From the NCBI GenBank assembly GCA_963666365.2, contig CAXXNF010000001.1:544001-608000 (forward strand): a DNA stretch of 64,000 bases. The letters run 5' to 3'. The translations under genes and the position numbers were made by a program. This document shows, piece by piece, positions 1 to 10,882 of this stretch (positions are counted from its first letter, which is position 1; each line of letters begins with the position of its first letter). Below the pieces are notes generated by a model. The model was not told the origin of the DNA and did not search any database. It worked only from the letters and a program-made list of their open reading frames with translations. Source of the stretch: Syntrophales bacterium. GTDB lineage: Bacteria; Desulfobacterota; Syntrophia; Syntrophales; UBA2210.

Positions 1-4
1 CCCC

Positions 5-33
5 ACAATATAGAACATACGTTCTATTGTCAA
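5..33 (-). promoter_or_regulatory. sigma70 promoter pointing out of the window, with a GAAC-N4-GTTC (LexA-like) palindrome in the spacer
   Basis: Minus strand TTGACA (28-33), 17-bp spacer, TATTGT (5-10); TAGAACATACGTTCTA at 11-26. Confidence 0.6.
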
Positions 34-156
34 GGGGAAAATGAGAAACCTGCGTGAAAAAACTGGATACCGGCCTTCGCCGGTATGACGAAATTGCTGC
101 TGCTACAAGGTTCTGCAAGGGTCTCAATGAGAACTCCCAAGCCATAGATCGATTCA

Positions 157-1086
157 TTAAGAAATCGGCCGCATCTCCGCGGTTTCTCTCTTCGTCTGCT
201 GCAAATCGGATGTAATTTTTTTATCGTTCATCAGCACCACCGATGAACCCAGCAGGCGTTGCGCCGAAATGTCCTTGTTGCAGTAATGCCGTGCCGCCGT
301 TTCAGGGATAAAGAACCGGTATTCTATTTCGGTTATCGGACCGTTTCTGTCGCAGAGGCAGCTAGTGTAGCCGATCACCGTCACCTCATACCCGTAGAAA
401 CCGTCTTTTGCGTCGAAGTGGGCGATCAATCGCTCCAAAGCGGGGGTGACCACGGCATGGAACAATTTACCGGCAATCTGCGGTCCGTCGTAAAATAGGT
501 CATTGTATACCAGTCCCGACGCAAAGGCGACGCGGAGATAGTCTCTGTTTTCAAATGACACCAGGGCAATCGATCGTGTCGCCGCATATGTCTCCGGAAC
601 AGGGTTGTCACGCACTATCGTATCGACAAATTCAAGTATCTTTCTGCCGAACATCGAGCCGGCGAAGTAGGCGCCGAAGTTCGCATCAAGATAATCGGAA
701 GGCCGACTCAGGGTTACCTCGACATGCTTCGTGACCGTGCCGTCAGAGGCATCCTCGGAAGGAAAGGAAATGACTCCCGCTTTCTCGTAATATTCATCTT
801 TCGATATTCGAAAGCGCAATCGCACTGCATCAGTCGCTGAAGAGAACGATTCCTGAAACAGGCCGCGTCCATCCGTGGTGACGGTCGCCGCCTTTATCTG
901 AGTGCCGCCTTCGTTGACGGCATAGTCAACAGTCGCTTTATCGACAGGAATGCCGTCAACATCGACAATATTCATGATGCATCGGCATTGGAGGGGGGAA
1001 TGGTGATTCTGCACAATGCCGGGAGCGCATCCCCACAGCCACCACACAAGAAAAAAGGCGACGCAGAGCCCTTGTATTTTTTTCAT
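157..1086 (-). CDS. hypothetical lipoprotein
   Basis: Likely start MKKIQGL after GGAGG; hydrophobic stretch ending in lipobox-like LWGC. Confidence 0.6.
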   Translation of the reverse strand: MKKIQGLCVAFFLVWWLWGCAPGIVQNHHSPLQCRCIMNIVDVDGIPVDKATVDYAVNEGGTQIKAATVTTDGRGLFQESFSSATDAVRLRFRISKDEYYEKAGVISFPSEDASDGTVTKHVEVTLSRPSDYLDANFGAYFAGSMFGRKILEFVDTIVRDNPVPETYAATRSIALVSFENRDYLRVAFASGLVYNDLFYDGPQIAGKLFHAVVTPALERLIAHFDAKDGFYGYEVTVIGYTSCLCDRNGPITEIEYRFFIPETAARHYCNKDISAQRLLGSSVVLMNDKKITSDLQQTKRETAEMRPIS

Positions 1087-1302
1087 ACCGATGCCTCCGG
1101 AAATATTTTCCCTGAACTGTATCACAGGTCTCCCCTCCCGGCAAAATTCTTTGAAGAACCTGGCGTGACTTTTTCTCACACTGCCCTTCCTGCTCCTTTG
1201 CGTTCACCATGACACGTTTTTCCAGCCCGATTCTCAACGTTCCGCAGTTTCGGGACGGTATCCGATATTTATGCGGCGTCTAGCGCCGACGAATTTCAGG
1301 AT

Positions 1303-2883
1303 TCACTCCGCCGCTCTGTTATTCTTCGTCCAATACCACTCAAGGGTATCTCCTGCATGGCGTGTTTTTACAAGTCCCTGATCAATGAACCATGCCACTG
1401 CCGCATTTACTATGCCTTCTTCACAGCCTGTGGTCTCGCACAGCCTCTGCGCCAATATATCCGAGGCCCGCATGCCGTCAGAGGCGGCAATGACGCCTTC
1501 GCGCTCAATTAAATTTTTCGACAGTATTTCATGCACCAGCTTGAGCCGGTACTGCCCCGCGACACGAAGATTGTCTTCCTCGGAATTTGTACCGTCCCAA
1601 TACCCCCTTTCCATGGAGTCCCATTTTTTGTTTATCACCGTGTTGAAGCGTTCGATCATCTCAATCGCCCTCTCCGGACTCAGTTTCGATGTTCTTGTAA
1701 CCGGACTGTTCGCATCGTAACGGGACCAGTCAAAGGTCAGAATTTCAAGGTCATATTTTTCCCTTTTCTCCATCACGGTAGTGCCGGGAAAGGGGGCAAG
1801 GAAATGAAACCCATAATCGATGCCCAACCCTTCCGCGAAGGTCATGGTTTCTTCAAGCGTTTCCGGAGATTCGCCGGGTAGTCCCACTACAAAAGAGCCG
1901 TGGGGGTGTATTCCGGCTTCTTTGCATAAATGAACGGCCTGTCGGGCCTGGTCGAGCGTTGCCGCCTTCTTGATCCTTTTGAGCATATCCGCATTCCCGG
2001 TTTCAAGACCGAAGCTGATCCATTGGCATCCCGCTTTTTGCATCATCGCCAATGTTTCGCTGTCCACCGTATTGACGCGGGCAAAGGCGGTCCATATAAA
2101 GTGCAGCCCCCTTCTTTCTATTTCCCCGCAGACCTGACGAACCTTTTCTTTGTTTGCGGTGAAAAGATCGTCGGCGATATTGATCATTGTGAATCCATAC
2201 GACAAGATTTGTTCAATTTCTTCAACAATATAGGACGCACTGCGCTGCCGCGGCTTTTTTCCCACCATGCGTCTTCCCAGGCAGAAGATGCATGAGTAAG
2301 GGCAGCCGCGGCCGGTAATCATGCTCGGAGGGTAACCGAGTGCCCTGTAACGAGAAAGGGGAAGAAGATGTCGTGCGGGAAGGGGAAGTGAATCGAGATC
2401 TTCGATGAAGGGACGCGGTTCGGTCACCACCACCTGTCCGTTTTCCCGATAGGCAATGCCCCCTATGTTTCTCCAGAGAGAACGATTTTTAATCACCGGC
2501 ACAAGATCCGCAATAGTTGCTTCACCTTCTCCAATGACAATCATATCGATGGATGGGTACTGCTGCAGGGTGTTGGTCACATCGAAAGAAACGTGGGGAC
2601 CCCCCATAATGGTGATAATTTCAGGGTTATGTCCTTTTACGGCGGCAATGATGTCAGCGGCGCGCGGAAAGTTGAGCGTCACCGAATTTGCCCCCACAAC
2701 ATCGGGCTGCAACGTATCCAGCTGCACCTTCAAATGCTCGGGACTGTAGGGATTGATTACGTAGTCAATGATTTCGACCTCTGCACCGGCGGCCTCAAAA
2801 GCGGCTGCCACGTATGACAGGCCGAGCGGCACGGTGGGAATCTCCTCCAAGGGATAGGGGGACGCAATAAGCGCAACTTTCAT
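1303..2883 (-). CDS. cobalamin-binding radical SAM protein
   Basis: PLGLSYVAA, GGPHVS B12-binding region and GRGCPYSCIFC CxxxCxxC motif. Confidence 0.9.
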   Translation of the reverse strand: MKVALIASPYPLEEIPTVPLGLSYVAAAFEAAGAEVEIIDYVINPYSPEHLKVQLDTLQPDVVGANSVTLNFPRAADIIAAVKGHNPEIITIMGGPHVSFDVTNTLQQYPSIDMIVIGEGEATIADLVPVIKNRSLWRNIGGIAYRENGQVVVTEPRPFIEDLDSLPLPARHLLPLSRYRALGYPPSMITGRGCPYSCIFCLGRRMVGKKPRQRSASYIVEEIEQILSYGFTMINIADDLFTANKEKVRQVCGEIERRGLHFIWTAFARVNTVDSETLAMMQKAGCQWISFGLETGNADMLKRIKKAATLDQARQAVHLCKEAGIHPHGSFVVGLPGESPETLEETMTFAEGLGIDYGFHFLAPFPGTTVMEKREKYDLEILTFDWSRYDANSPVTRTSKLSPERAIEMIERFNTVINKKWDSMERGYWDGTNSEEDNLRVAGQYRLKLVHEILSKNLIEREGVIAASDGMRASDILAQRLCETTGCEEGIVNAAVAWFIDQGLVKTRHAGDTLEWYWTKNNRAAE

Positions 2884-3297
2884 GACGCACCTCATGGCGT
2901 GTTCGCCTCACGGTATGGGGTAGTTCCTCCAGGCGTCCCGTACCGCCTCATTGTATCGAACAGAGAAATCCCGATATCGTTAATGTCGTTGTGTGTCCCG
3001 CATCTGCATATACACTATCGGCGGAACTTGCTGATCTTGTATAAATCAAAGGCATCAATTCCGCAACTGAAACATTTCATGCGGAGATTTCAGAAAAGGA
3101 TTCCCTATTACACGCTTGAAATAGCCGTGATAATTATCTATAAGAAAGTGAGTCGAGTTCGGCCGTCGCCAAGGCGCCTCTTATCCGAGACCGTTCAAAG
3201 AACACTGAAATGATCCCAGGCACAATCAGCGCGAACGCTTTCGGCCCTCTACGGCATGAAACCACTACCACATCACAGGAATAAAGAGGATACACAC

Positions 3298-4731
3298 ATG
3301 GGTCATAAGGAAGGCTTGGATGTTATGTTTCACCCGCGCACAGTTGCGGTAATAGGAGCACCCCGTAAAAGACCAGTCGGATGGCCGGGGATTTTTGGAT
3401 CCATAAGGGATTACGGATATCAGGGAACACTCTATCCCATTAATCCCGGCGCCTCGGAAGTTGAAGGAATCAGGGCCTATCCCGACCTCGTTTCGGTTCC
3501 CGAACCTATCGATCTGGTAATTATTTCCGTTCCCGCACCTGCTGTTCCGGCTGCACTTCGGGACTGCGTCGCCTCGGGAAATAAAAACATACATATCTTT
3601 ACCGCCGGATTTAAGGAAACCGGTGAAGAAGAAGGACTGCAACTACAGGCCGAAATTGAGACAATCGCCCGCGAAGGCGGCTTGCGGGTGATAGGGCCCA
3701 ACTGCATGGGAATATTCAATCCCCGAGAGCGCCTCGTCACCTGGATAGGGGCGCCCGAGCAATCCGGACCGGTAGCCTTCGTAAGCCAGAGCGGGGGACA
3801 CTCGCAGGACTTTACCAATTTCTGCAGTCGCCTGGGCGTCTATTTCAGTAAGGTGATCAGCTATGGAAACGCCTTGACGCTCGACAGCACAGACTTCCTG
3901 GAGTATCTCGCAGACGATCCGGAAACGGAAATCATCACCATGTATCTTGAAGGCGTCAAAGATGGCCGTAAACTGCTTGAACAGGTAACCGAAATCAACA
4001 GGACCAAACCAGTCATCATATTAAAGGCGGGATTGACGGAGGCAGGAACCAAGGCGGTTTCATCTCACACGGGATCACTCGCCGGGGGAGAAAAGGTCTG
4101 GAATGCCTTTTTCAAAAAGAGCGGCGCCGTGAATGCCACCAGCCTGGAGGATATGGCTTTTCTCGCACTCGCCTTTCGGCGTCTTAAGGAAACGAAGGGG
4201 CTGCGCATGGCCGTAATCAGTCACGGAGGCGGTATCGCCGTTTCCGCAGCCGACGCGTGCAGCCGAGCGGGTCTGGAAATGCCGAGCTTCACCAAGGAGA
4301 CAGAACGGCAGCTCCGCGCTGTAATCCCCTCCGGGGGGAACATCATCAGAAACCCCATTGATGCCATGCCGATATTCCGGAACATGGAAGTGTTTCAGCA
4401 TATGCTGCATCTTGTTTCATCGGAGCCTCAGATCGACATGCTGGTCCTATCTCTGTCTCTTGATTGGCTCTATGGCGTTGACAAAGGAAAGCAGATCGAA
4501 CGGATAACCGATTTTCTTGCGGGTCCGGCACGGGATTTCATGAATGGAAAGCCCTATGTGGTAAGCTGGAGGTCTTACAGAAACGATCCCACCATAAGAA
4601 ACGAAGGGTTTCGGCTCGAACGCAGGCTCCTTAAATCAGGAGTGCCCGTGTACCGGGGCTTCGAGCAGGCATCAATGGCCCTGTCACGATGGGCGCGCTA
4701 TCATCTTTTTCAGCAACGTCACAAGTCCTGA
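3298..4731 (+). CDS. acyl-CoA synthetase (NDP-forming) alpha-like / CoA-binding protein
   Basis: P.TVAVIGA, GPNCMG, SQSGG and SSHTGSLAG phospho-His motif. Confidence 0.85.
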   Translation: MGHKEGLDVMFHPRTVAVIGAPRKRPVGWPGIFGSIRDYGYQGTLYPINPGASEVEGIRAYPDLVSVPEPIDLVIISVPAPAVPAALRDCVASGNKNIHIFTAGFKETGEEEGLQLQAEIETIAREGGLRVIGPNCMGIFNPRERLVTWIGAPEQSGPVAFVSQSGGHSQDFTNFCSRLGVYFSKVISYGNALTLDSTDFLEYLADDPETEIITMYLEGVKDGRKLLEQVTEINRTKPVIILKAGLTEAGTKAVSSHTGSLAGGEKVWNAFFKKSGAVNATSLEDMAFLALAFRRLKETKGLRMAVISHGGGIAVSAADACSRAGLEMPSFTKETERQLRAVIPSGGNIIRNPIDAMPIFRNMEVFQHMLHLVSSEPQIDMLVLSLSLDWLYGVDKGKQIERITDFLAGPARDFMNGKPYVVSWRSYRNDPTIRNEGFRLERRLLKSGVPVYRGFEQASMALSRWARYHLFQQRHKS

Positions 4732-4846
4732 GCATCGGAACAACGGCAACGTGCACACCCGCACCGGCAGGTCCGCACGTTGCCTTTCCTGAACCATCAT
4801 ATAATGAGCAATTTCGTTCGCAGAACACAGAACTACACAGCAGATA

Positions 4847-5077
4847 TCAAAGGGAAAGGGAAAGCACAATTCCTGCAAAGCAGATACTGGAGAGTCCCAT
4901 AACAATCCACATATAGGTTTCCAGATTTTTCTCCGCTTCGTGGAGCCACTCATCCCACAATTGAATAGATACTCTTCCTTTGTGAAGATATGCCATGGCA
5001 TCGATGGGAAGGTTCGGACTATGCATTGTTTCCGTTTTTTCAGGGTGTGATAGTTGCTTTTTCATCATCGCATTCAT
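4847..5077 (-). CDS. small hypothetical membrane protein
   Basis: 76-aa ORF with C-terminal hydrophobic helix; start uncertain. Confidence 0.4.
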   Translation of the reverse strand: MNAMMKKQLSHPEKTETMHSPNLPIDAMAYLHKGRVSIQLWDEWLHEAEKNLETYMWIVMGLSSICFAGIVLSLSL

Positions 5078-5622
5078 TCCATCATGAGGCGCACTGCCAC
5101 ATTAAGCACGCTGCTTTATTTTTATTATGACTCTTTTTGAAGCCTTAGCACTATTTCGTCGTCGCTTTCTTTACGGATTGAGGGCAGTACAACCGGAATA
5201 CCGTATTTCACGCATACCCCAGAAGGCCCTTATGCCACCGTGCCATCACTTCCGCTCTTGTCATCCATGCCTCTATTTCATGTAAAGAGGCGTTCTTTTT
5301 GTGTTGAAGTGGCCGGCAGCCTTACTTATACTATCGGTTCAATTCTGAAATTCTTTAACGCAAAAATAGTGCCACACAATCTAGCCCGGTCTTTTATGAG
5401 CAAACATTTGTATATATTTACTTATTTTACTTTTCAGCGCCCTTTCACTCCACATCTTCGAGGCGCCGCCCCGTCCGTCTATTGACATGGTATGCCGCCT
5501 TTCGATACAATGCAGCCTGTAAACGGACATCGATATCCATCGTCTGTTTTCACTGCCTGTTGATAGACGGACAAAAAACCGAAGGAACCACAGACTGCTT
5601 CGTGCTTACAGGAAGTTCTCCT

Positions 5623-8600
5623 ATGCTCATGGATGCACCCGGCCACATACTCGGCATCGACATCGGCTCTGTTGCCCTCGCTGCGGCAGAAATCGACGCA
5701 CATAAACAGGTTATAGGCTCCACCTATGTCTTTCATCATGGTGATATAAGGGGGGCACTGCACACCGCGCTTTCCTCATTCGACCTCTCGAAGATAGGGG
5801 CTATCGCCGCCACATCGTCGACACCGAAGTTTCTGCGAACTACCCGAATCTACGACAATCCTGTTGCCGTCATCGCTGCATGCCGGCATTTTTTTCCCCG
5901 TATCGGATCAATCCTGCTGGTGGGGGGCGAGCGTTTCGGCGTCATACATTTCGATGAGGAGGGAAATTATAAAAAATTCAGGACCAACAGCTCCTGTGCG
6001 GCAGGAACCGGAAGTTTTCTGGACCAGCAGGCGCGCCGGCTTAATCTTGAAGGCGCAGAGGAACTGGCCCGCATTGCCCTGAAACACGAAGGCGGAATTC
6101 CTAAAATCGCCTCGCGGTGCGCAGTCTTCGCCAAAACCGATCTGGTGCACGCCCAGCAGGAGGGCTATTCGCTTGCGGCCATCTGTGATGGTCTCTGCCG
6201 GGGATTGGCAAAAAATATCGTTGATACCCTGTTCGAAAAGGAAAGCTCCCTTTCACCCATTATATTCGCCGGAGGTGTGGCAAAGAACAGGGCCGTAGTA
6301 CACCATATTTCGTCGATACTGGGGGAAGAGATCATCACCGATGAGAAGGCGCCCCTCTTCGGCGCCCTGGGCGCCGCCTTTTCTCTGGTCGATGAACCTG
6401 CCCCCGCGGGTGCGTCGATGCAGCTTCGAACTATTGAGGACGTTCTAATACGAAAATCAGGTACAATCTCTTACGCACACCCTCCACTGGAGCTTACGCT
6501 TTCCTCGTACCCCGAATTCACCAGCGAAGAGAGTTATCACTATCAGGACGAAAATTCCCCGCGTGCCTGCCCCATAGAAGTGGACGTCTATGCCCGTACC
6601 GAACCGGGAACACACATGGAGGCATACCTGGGAGTGGATATCGGCTCCACAAGCACGAAGGCAATAGTGTATCTTACGAATGAAACCGTGCTGGCAGCCT
6701 TTTATACCAGGACTGCGGGACGACCGATTGACGCCGTCCAGGAGATCATGTCGGCCATTGCCGATATGATGGAACGAAGAAAGGTGCATCTCACCTTCCT
6801 TGGCGCCGGCACCACCGGTTCAGGCAGAAAATTCATAGGGAACATAATCGGCGCCGATCTCATCATCGACGAGATTACCGCCCATGCCCGCGCCGCCGTG
6901 CACATCAGACCCGATGCCGATACAATCATTGAAATCGGCGGACAGGATTCAAAGTTCACTACCCTCGGCGACGGCATGGTCACCTTCTCAACTATGAATA
7001 CGGTCTGTGCCGCCGGTACGGGCAGTTTTATCGAGGAGCAGGCACAAAAACTCAACTGTCCCCTTTCCGAGTATGCAGACAGGGCGGAACACCGGAAATC
7101 CCCCGTCGCAAGCGACCGATGTACCGTCTTCATGGAACGTGACCTGAATTATTATCTTGGCGAAGGATATTCGCGGGATGAAGTACTGGCGTCGGTTCTT
7201 CATTCGATCAGAGAAAATTATCTTACCAAGGTGGCCACAGAGGGAATGATTGGTGACTGCATTCTCTTTCAGGGCGCCACTGCAAAAAACCGGGCACTGG
7301 TCGCCGCATTTGAAGCCCGTCTGAAAAAGCCGATCCATGTGTCCCGCTACTGCCATGTGACCGGGGCCCTCGGCGTCGCACTGATGCTTCAGGAAGAACG
7401 CATCCGCACCACATCCTTTCGTGGAATGTCTCTCATTGGTACAACCATCCCCGTAAGATCCGAGGTATGTGACCTGTGTACCAATCACTGTAAGATCACC
7501 ATTGCCGAGATTGAGGGAGCCCATGTGGCCTACGGATTTCTCTGCGGAAGAGACTACGAAACCAAGCGGTATGTCGCCAGGAATCGTTCAGGATTCGATC
7601 TTATGAAAGCCCGCAAAAAAATAACCTCGGTGACGCCCCCCGATACCCTGAGGGACGACATCGTAATAGGCATTCCCGCGGCACTTTACCTCAAGGACGA
7701 TCTTCCTTTCTGGAAAAAATTTTTCGCAGAGCTTTCCATAAGAACCATTACCAGCGAAGAGTACCGTACCGCCGTGATCGACGGCAAGAGATTGGCGGGG
7801 GCCGAATTTTGCGCACCCCTGGAGGCAATGCACGGCCATGTTGATTACCTGCTGGGGAAGGCCGATTTCGTCTTTCTTCCCTTTTATATGGAACAGAAAA
7901 CGGACGATCGCGCCGTTCGCCGCCACTACTGTTACTATACACAGTTCGCCCCCACACTGGCGGCGGCCATGGCGGACCACAGGCGGGACCGACTGCTTAT
8001 GCCCCTCGTGCACTATCTCTACAGCGGGCTTCATACCAAAGGGGAACTTTACCGGACACTCAAGCCCCTGATGAAAGGACCGCCCAGCTACTTCGAGATA
8101 TCGTCGGCCTATGAAAAGGCCACTGTGTTCAAACAATCATGCCTTGAAAAATTCAGGAAACGTTACCGGGAAGAAACTGCCGGCAAGAATGAAATGCATG
8201 TGGTGTTTCTGGGAAGACCCTATACGATGCTGGACGAATCGATGAACAAAAGGATTCCTGCAGTTTTTGAATCACTGGGAATAAAAGCGTTCTATCAGGA
8301 TATGCTCTCCTCCGGTGATAATATCCTCTCGCCGATCGCACCGCTGCTTCGTGAATTTCACTGGCATTATGCGGCACAGATTCTTGAGGCCTCCCGCATT
8401 GTCGCCGCATCGAAGGACGCCTATCCGGTGTTTGTCACATCCTTTCGATGCTCCCCTGATTCCTTTGTCATTGAATATTTCAAAAAGATCATGGAATCTC
8501 ACGGAAAACCCTATCTGATCCTGCAACTCGACGAACATGATTCGAATGTGGGCTATGAAACACGAATTGAAGCTGCCGTCAGATCCTTCAGAAATCACCA

Positions 8601-9879
8601 TGCAAAAGCGAATATCGCAGGTCATATTCATTACCGCCCCGCACTCATCCCGTCGTCCATCACCAGACTTAACGGAAAAACACTGATCTTTCCCAATTGG
8701 GATGCCCTTTCACTCAAACTGCTCATGGTATGCCTTCGACAGAGGGGAATCGATGCCAGGCTTCTGGAAGAAAGCGAAGGTGCGATTCAGGAAAGCCTTC
8801 ATTTTAACACGGGCCAATGTATTCCGCTCAATATCATCGCCATGGAATTCATCGACTATGTAAGGCGCCACAATCTCGATCCCTGCAACACGGCGCTCTG
8901 GATGATGGACTCGGTCATCCCCTGCAATCTTCGCCTGTTTCGACATCATATCAAAAACCTCTGTGCCTCATACGGCAATGGGATGGAACAGGCGGCAGTC
9001 TATGCCGGAGGACTTTCAATGGCGGATCTGTCACTGAAAGTTCCCCTGGATGCATATTTTGCCTTCATGTTCGGGGGACTTTTGAGGAAAATGGGATGCA
9101 GGATCAGACCCTATGAAACGATAAAAGGCGCCACCGATAGGGTAATCGATGAGAGTATTGCCGTTTTTTCCGATGCCTTTCGTGGAAAATGTTCTAAAGA
9201 AGAAGCCGTTGCAGAAGTGGTGTCGCTATTCGAGGCCATAGAAACGAGCAATGGCAACAGACCCCGCCCCAAGGTTGCCATCTTCGGCGATCTTTATGCC
9301 CGCGACAATGAGGTGATGAATCAACACCTGATTCACTTCATAGAGGAACAGGGAGGGGAAGTCATCACCACTCCGTACAGTTCCTATGTCAAGATGATCA
9401 CCGGTCCCTATTTCAGAAAATGGTTCTTTGAAGGGCGCCTTCTCGAAGTCCTCTCTTCAGGGGGACTGATCACCCTCATCAAGAGGCTGGAAGACCGCTA
9501 TCTACAGTATTTCAATCGCATTCTGCCGCATGCGGAACCGGCCTACGACGAACCTTCCCAGCGCATTCTCTCGAAGTACCACATGAGAATAGAACACACG
9601 GGAGAATCGATGGATAACATCCTCAAAATATTCTACCTCCTCAGGCATTATCCCGACCTTTCGCTTTTCGTCCAGACAAGTCCCGCCTTCTGTTGTCCTT
9701 CTCTTGTGACGGAGGCAATGGCGAACCGGATCGAAGCAGAGACGGTCATCCCCATTGTGTCCATAACCTACGATGGAACGGGAGGCAACAAAAACAATGC
9801 AATCACCCCCTATTTGACCTTTCCCCGTCGCCTTCCCGCAAAGCGCGATGACCTGCGCAGGGCCAAGGCTGTGTCGTAA
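5623..9879 (+). CDS. CoA-substrate-specific enzyme activase fused to 2-hydroxyacyl-CoA dehydratase-related domains
   Basis: Two ASKHA ATPase repeats (GIDIGS/GVDIGSTSTK, CAAGTGSF, CAVF/CTVF); start uncertain. Confidence 0.85.
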   Translation: MLMDAPGHILGIDIGSVALAAAEIDAHKQVIGSTYVFHHGDIRGALHTALSSFDLSKIGAIAATSSTPKFLRTTRIYDNPVAVIAACRHFFPRIGSILLVGGERFGVIHFDEEGNYKKFRTNSSCAAGTGSFLDQQARRLNLEGAEELARIALKHEGGIPKIASRCAVFAKTDLVHAQQEGYSLAAICDGLCRGLAKNIVDTLFEKESSLSPIIFAGGVAKNRAVVHHISSILGEEIITDEKAPLFGALGAAFSLVDEPAPAGASMQLRTIEDVLIRKSGTISYAHPPLELTLSSYPEFTSEESYHYQDENSPRACPIEVDVYARTEPGTHMEAYLGVDIGSTSTKAIVYLTNETVLAAFYTRTAGRPIDAVQEIMSAIADMMERRKVHLTFLGAGTTGSGRKFIGNIIGADLIIDEITAHARAAVHIRPDADTIIEIGGQDSKFTTLGDGMVTFSTMNTVCAAGTGSFIEEQAQKLNCPLSEYADRAEHRKSPVASDRCTVFMERDLNYYLGEGYSRDEVLASVLHSIRENYLTKVATEGMIGDCILFQGATAKNRALVAAFEARLKKPIHVSRYCHVTGALGVALMLQEERIRTTSFRGMSLIGTTIPVRSEVCDLCTNHCKITIAEIEGAHVAYGFLCGRDYETKRYVARNRSGFDLMKARKKITSVTPPDTLRDDIVIGIPAALYLKDDLPFWKKFFAELSIRTITSEEYRTAVIDGKRLAGAEFCAPLEAMHGHVDYLLGKADFVFLPFYMEQKTDDRAVRRHYCYYTQFAPTLAAAMADHRRDRLLMPLVHYLYSGLHTKGELYRTLKPLMKGPPSYFEISSAYEKATVFKQSCLEKFRKRYREETAGKNEMHVVFLGRPYTMLDESMNKRIPAVFESLGIKAFYQDMLSSGDNILSPIAPLLREFHWHYAAQILEASRIVAASKDAYPVFVTSFRCSPDSFVIEYFKKIMESHGKPYLILQLDEHDSNVGYETRIEAAVRSFRNHHAKANIAGHIHYRPALIPSSITRLNGKTLIFPNWDALSLKLLMVCLRQRGIDARLLEESEGAIQESLHFNTGQCIPLNIIAMEFIDYVRRHNLDPCNTALWMMDSVIPCNLRLFRHHIKNLCASYGNGMEQAAVYAGGLSMADLSLKVPLDAYFAFMFGGLLRKMGCRIRPYETIKGATDRVIDESIAVFSDAFRGKCSKEEAVAEVVSLFEAIETSNGNRPRPKVAIFGDLYARDNEVMNQHLIHFIEEQGGEVITTPYSSYVKMITGPYFRKWFFEGRLLEVLSSGGLITLIKRLEDRYLQYFNRILPHAEPAYDEPSQRILSKYHMRIEHTGESMDNILKIFYLLRHYPDLSLFVQTSPAFCCPSLVTEAMANRIEAETVIPIVSITYDGTGGNKNNAITPYLTFPRRLPAKRDDLRRAKAVS

Positions 9880-9881
9880 CA

Positions 9882-9908
9882 GTTTGGTCTGTTTGGTCTG
9901 TTTGGTCT
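9882..9908. repeat. (GTTTGGTCT)x3 tandem repeat next to the prophage insertion site
   Basis: Three exact 9-bp copies read from the sequence. Confidence 0.9.
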
Positions 9909-9915
9909 GCCTGTC

Positions 9916-9988
9916 TGACCGACTAAATCTATTCTGCGACAAAATGAAATGTAATCGGCGACAAGGAAATGAAATCGGCGACAAAATA
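9916..9988 (+). repeat. prophage end (Mu attR-equivalent) with three tandem ~20-bp transposase-binding-like sites
   Basis: AAATCTATTCTGCGACAAAAT, GAAATGTAATCGGCGACAAGG, GAAATGAAATCGGCGACAAAA. Confidence 0.8.
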
Positions 9989-10085
9989 TATACGCTTAAT
10001 TCAGGGCGCAAAAATCCTGTCGGTTCAGAACTTGATGTTTGTAAAGGCTCGAACCAGCAGGGGAATGGTCTTTATGTGTTAATGT

Positions 10086-10865
10086 CTATGCCGTATTCGG
10101 CTTGTAATTCATAATCAGCAGTTCATTGGCAGCCTTTCTTTTGTCGCCGCCAGCCGCAGTGTAGGTCGTGGCCACCTCCTCGATGTGAAAATCTTTGTAC
10201 AAATCCCGGATTAATTCAGTGTCGTTGATAGACATAATAAATTGACCTTGAATGATGGCCAGGATATCTCGCAGCACTTTGAAGTCTTTGTGGCTAAATA
10301 TGCCGTCTCCATAGTAGTTTTCAAACCCATGATAAGGCGGATCGATATAAAAAAACGTGTGCGGCTTGTCGAACCTCTTGATTAGGTCAGCATACTGTCT
10401 GTTCTCAATGTAGACGCGTGAAAGACGCAAGTGGGCCGCCGAGAGATCCTCTTCAATCCTAAGCAAATTCAGGCTTGGCGGTCTTGTGGCGCTGATGTTG
10501 AGCGAGGGGCTCTTGATGCGGGCGGCATAGCCGGTTCGGAGAAGGTAATAAAACCTCACTGCCCGTTGGATATCTGTGAGCGATTCCGGGGTTTCCGCCT
10601 TAAAACGTTCGAACTCCTCCCTTGCTACAAGGATCCATTTAAGATATCGAATAAATTCTTCCAGGTGGTTCTTCACAACCCGGTAAAGCGTTACCAGGTC
10701 AGTGTTAATGTCGTTGATGATCTCCACCTTCGATTCTTCCTTCCTGAACAAAAGCCAAGCGGCACCCGCGAAAACTTCACAGTAACAGGTATGTTCCGGT
10801 ATTTTCTCAATTATCCTTTTTGTCAGTAATGATTTTCCACCCATGTACGATAAAAAGCTGTTCAT
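10086..10865 (-). CDS. D12-class N6-adenine DNA methyltransferase (in the mom position)
   Basis: YMGGKS, EVFAGAA, NDIN and IDPPY motifs. Confidence 0.92.
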   Translation of the reverse strand: MNSFLSYMGGKSLLTKRIIEKIPEHTCYCEVFAGAAWLLFRKEESKVEIINDINTDLVTLYRVVKNHLEEFIRYLKWILVAREEFERFKAETPESLTDIQRAVRFYYLLRTGYAARIKSPSLNISATRPPSLNLLRIEEDLSAAHLRLSRVYIENRQYADLIKRFDKPHTFFYIDPPYHGFENYYGDGIFSHKDFKVLRDILAIIQGQFIMSINDTELIRDLYKDFHIEEVATTYTAAGGDKRKAANELLIMNYKPNTA

Positions 10866-10882
10866 AATATCTCCCTCAGATC

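Noticed and set aside
43..126. REP/MITE-like hairpin (ATACCGGC-CTTC-GCCGGTAT) with IS-like ends
   Set aside because: Single copy in the window with no convincing terminal repeats or duplication
9882..9990. Short repeats as a CRISPR array
   Set aside because: No unique spacers and no cas genes; explained by a microsatellite and phage end sites
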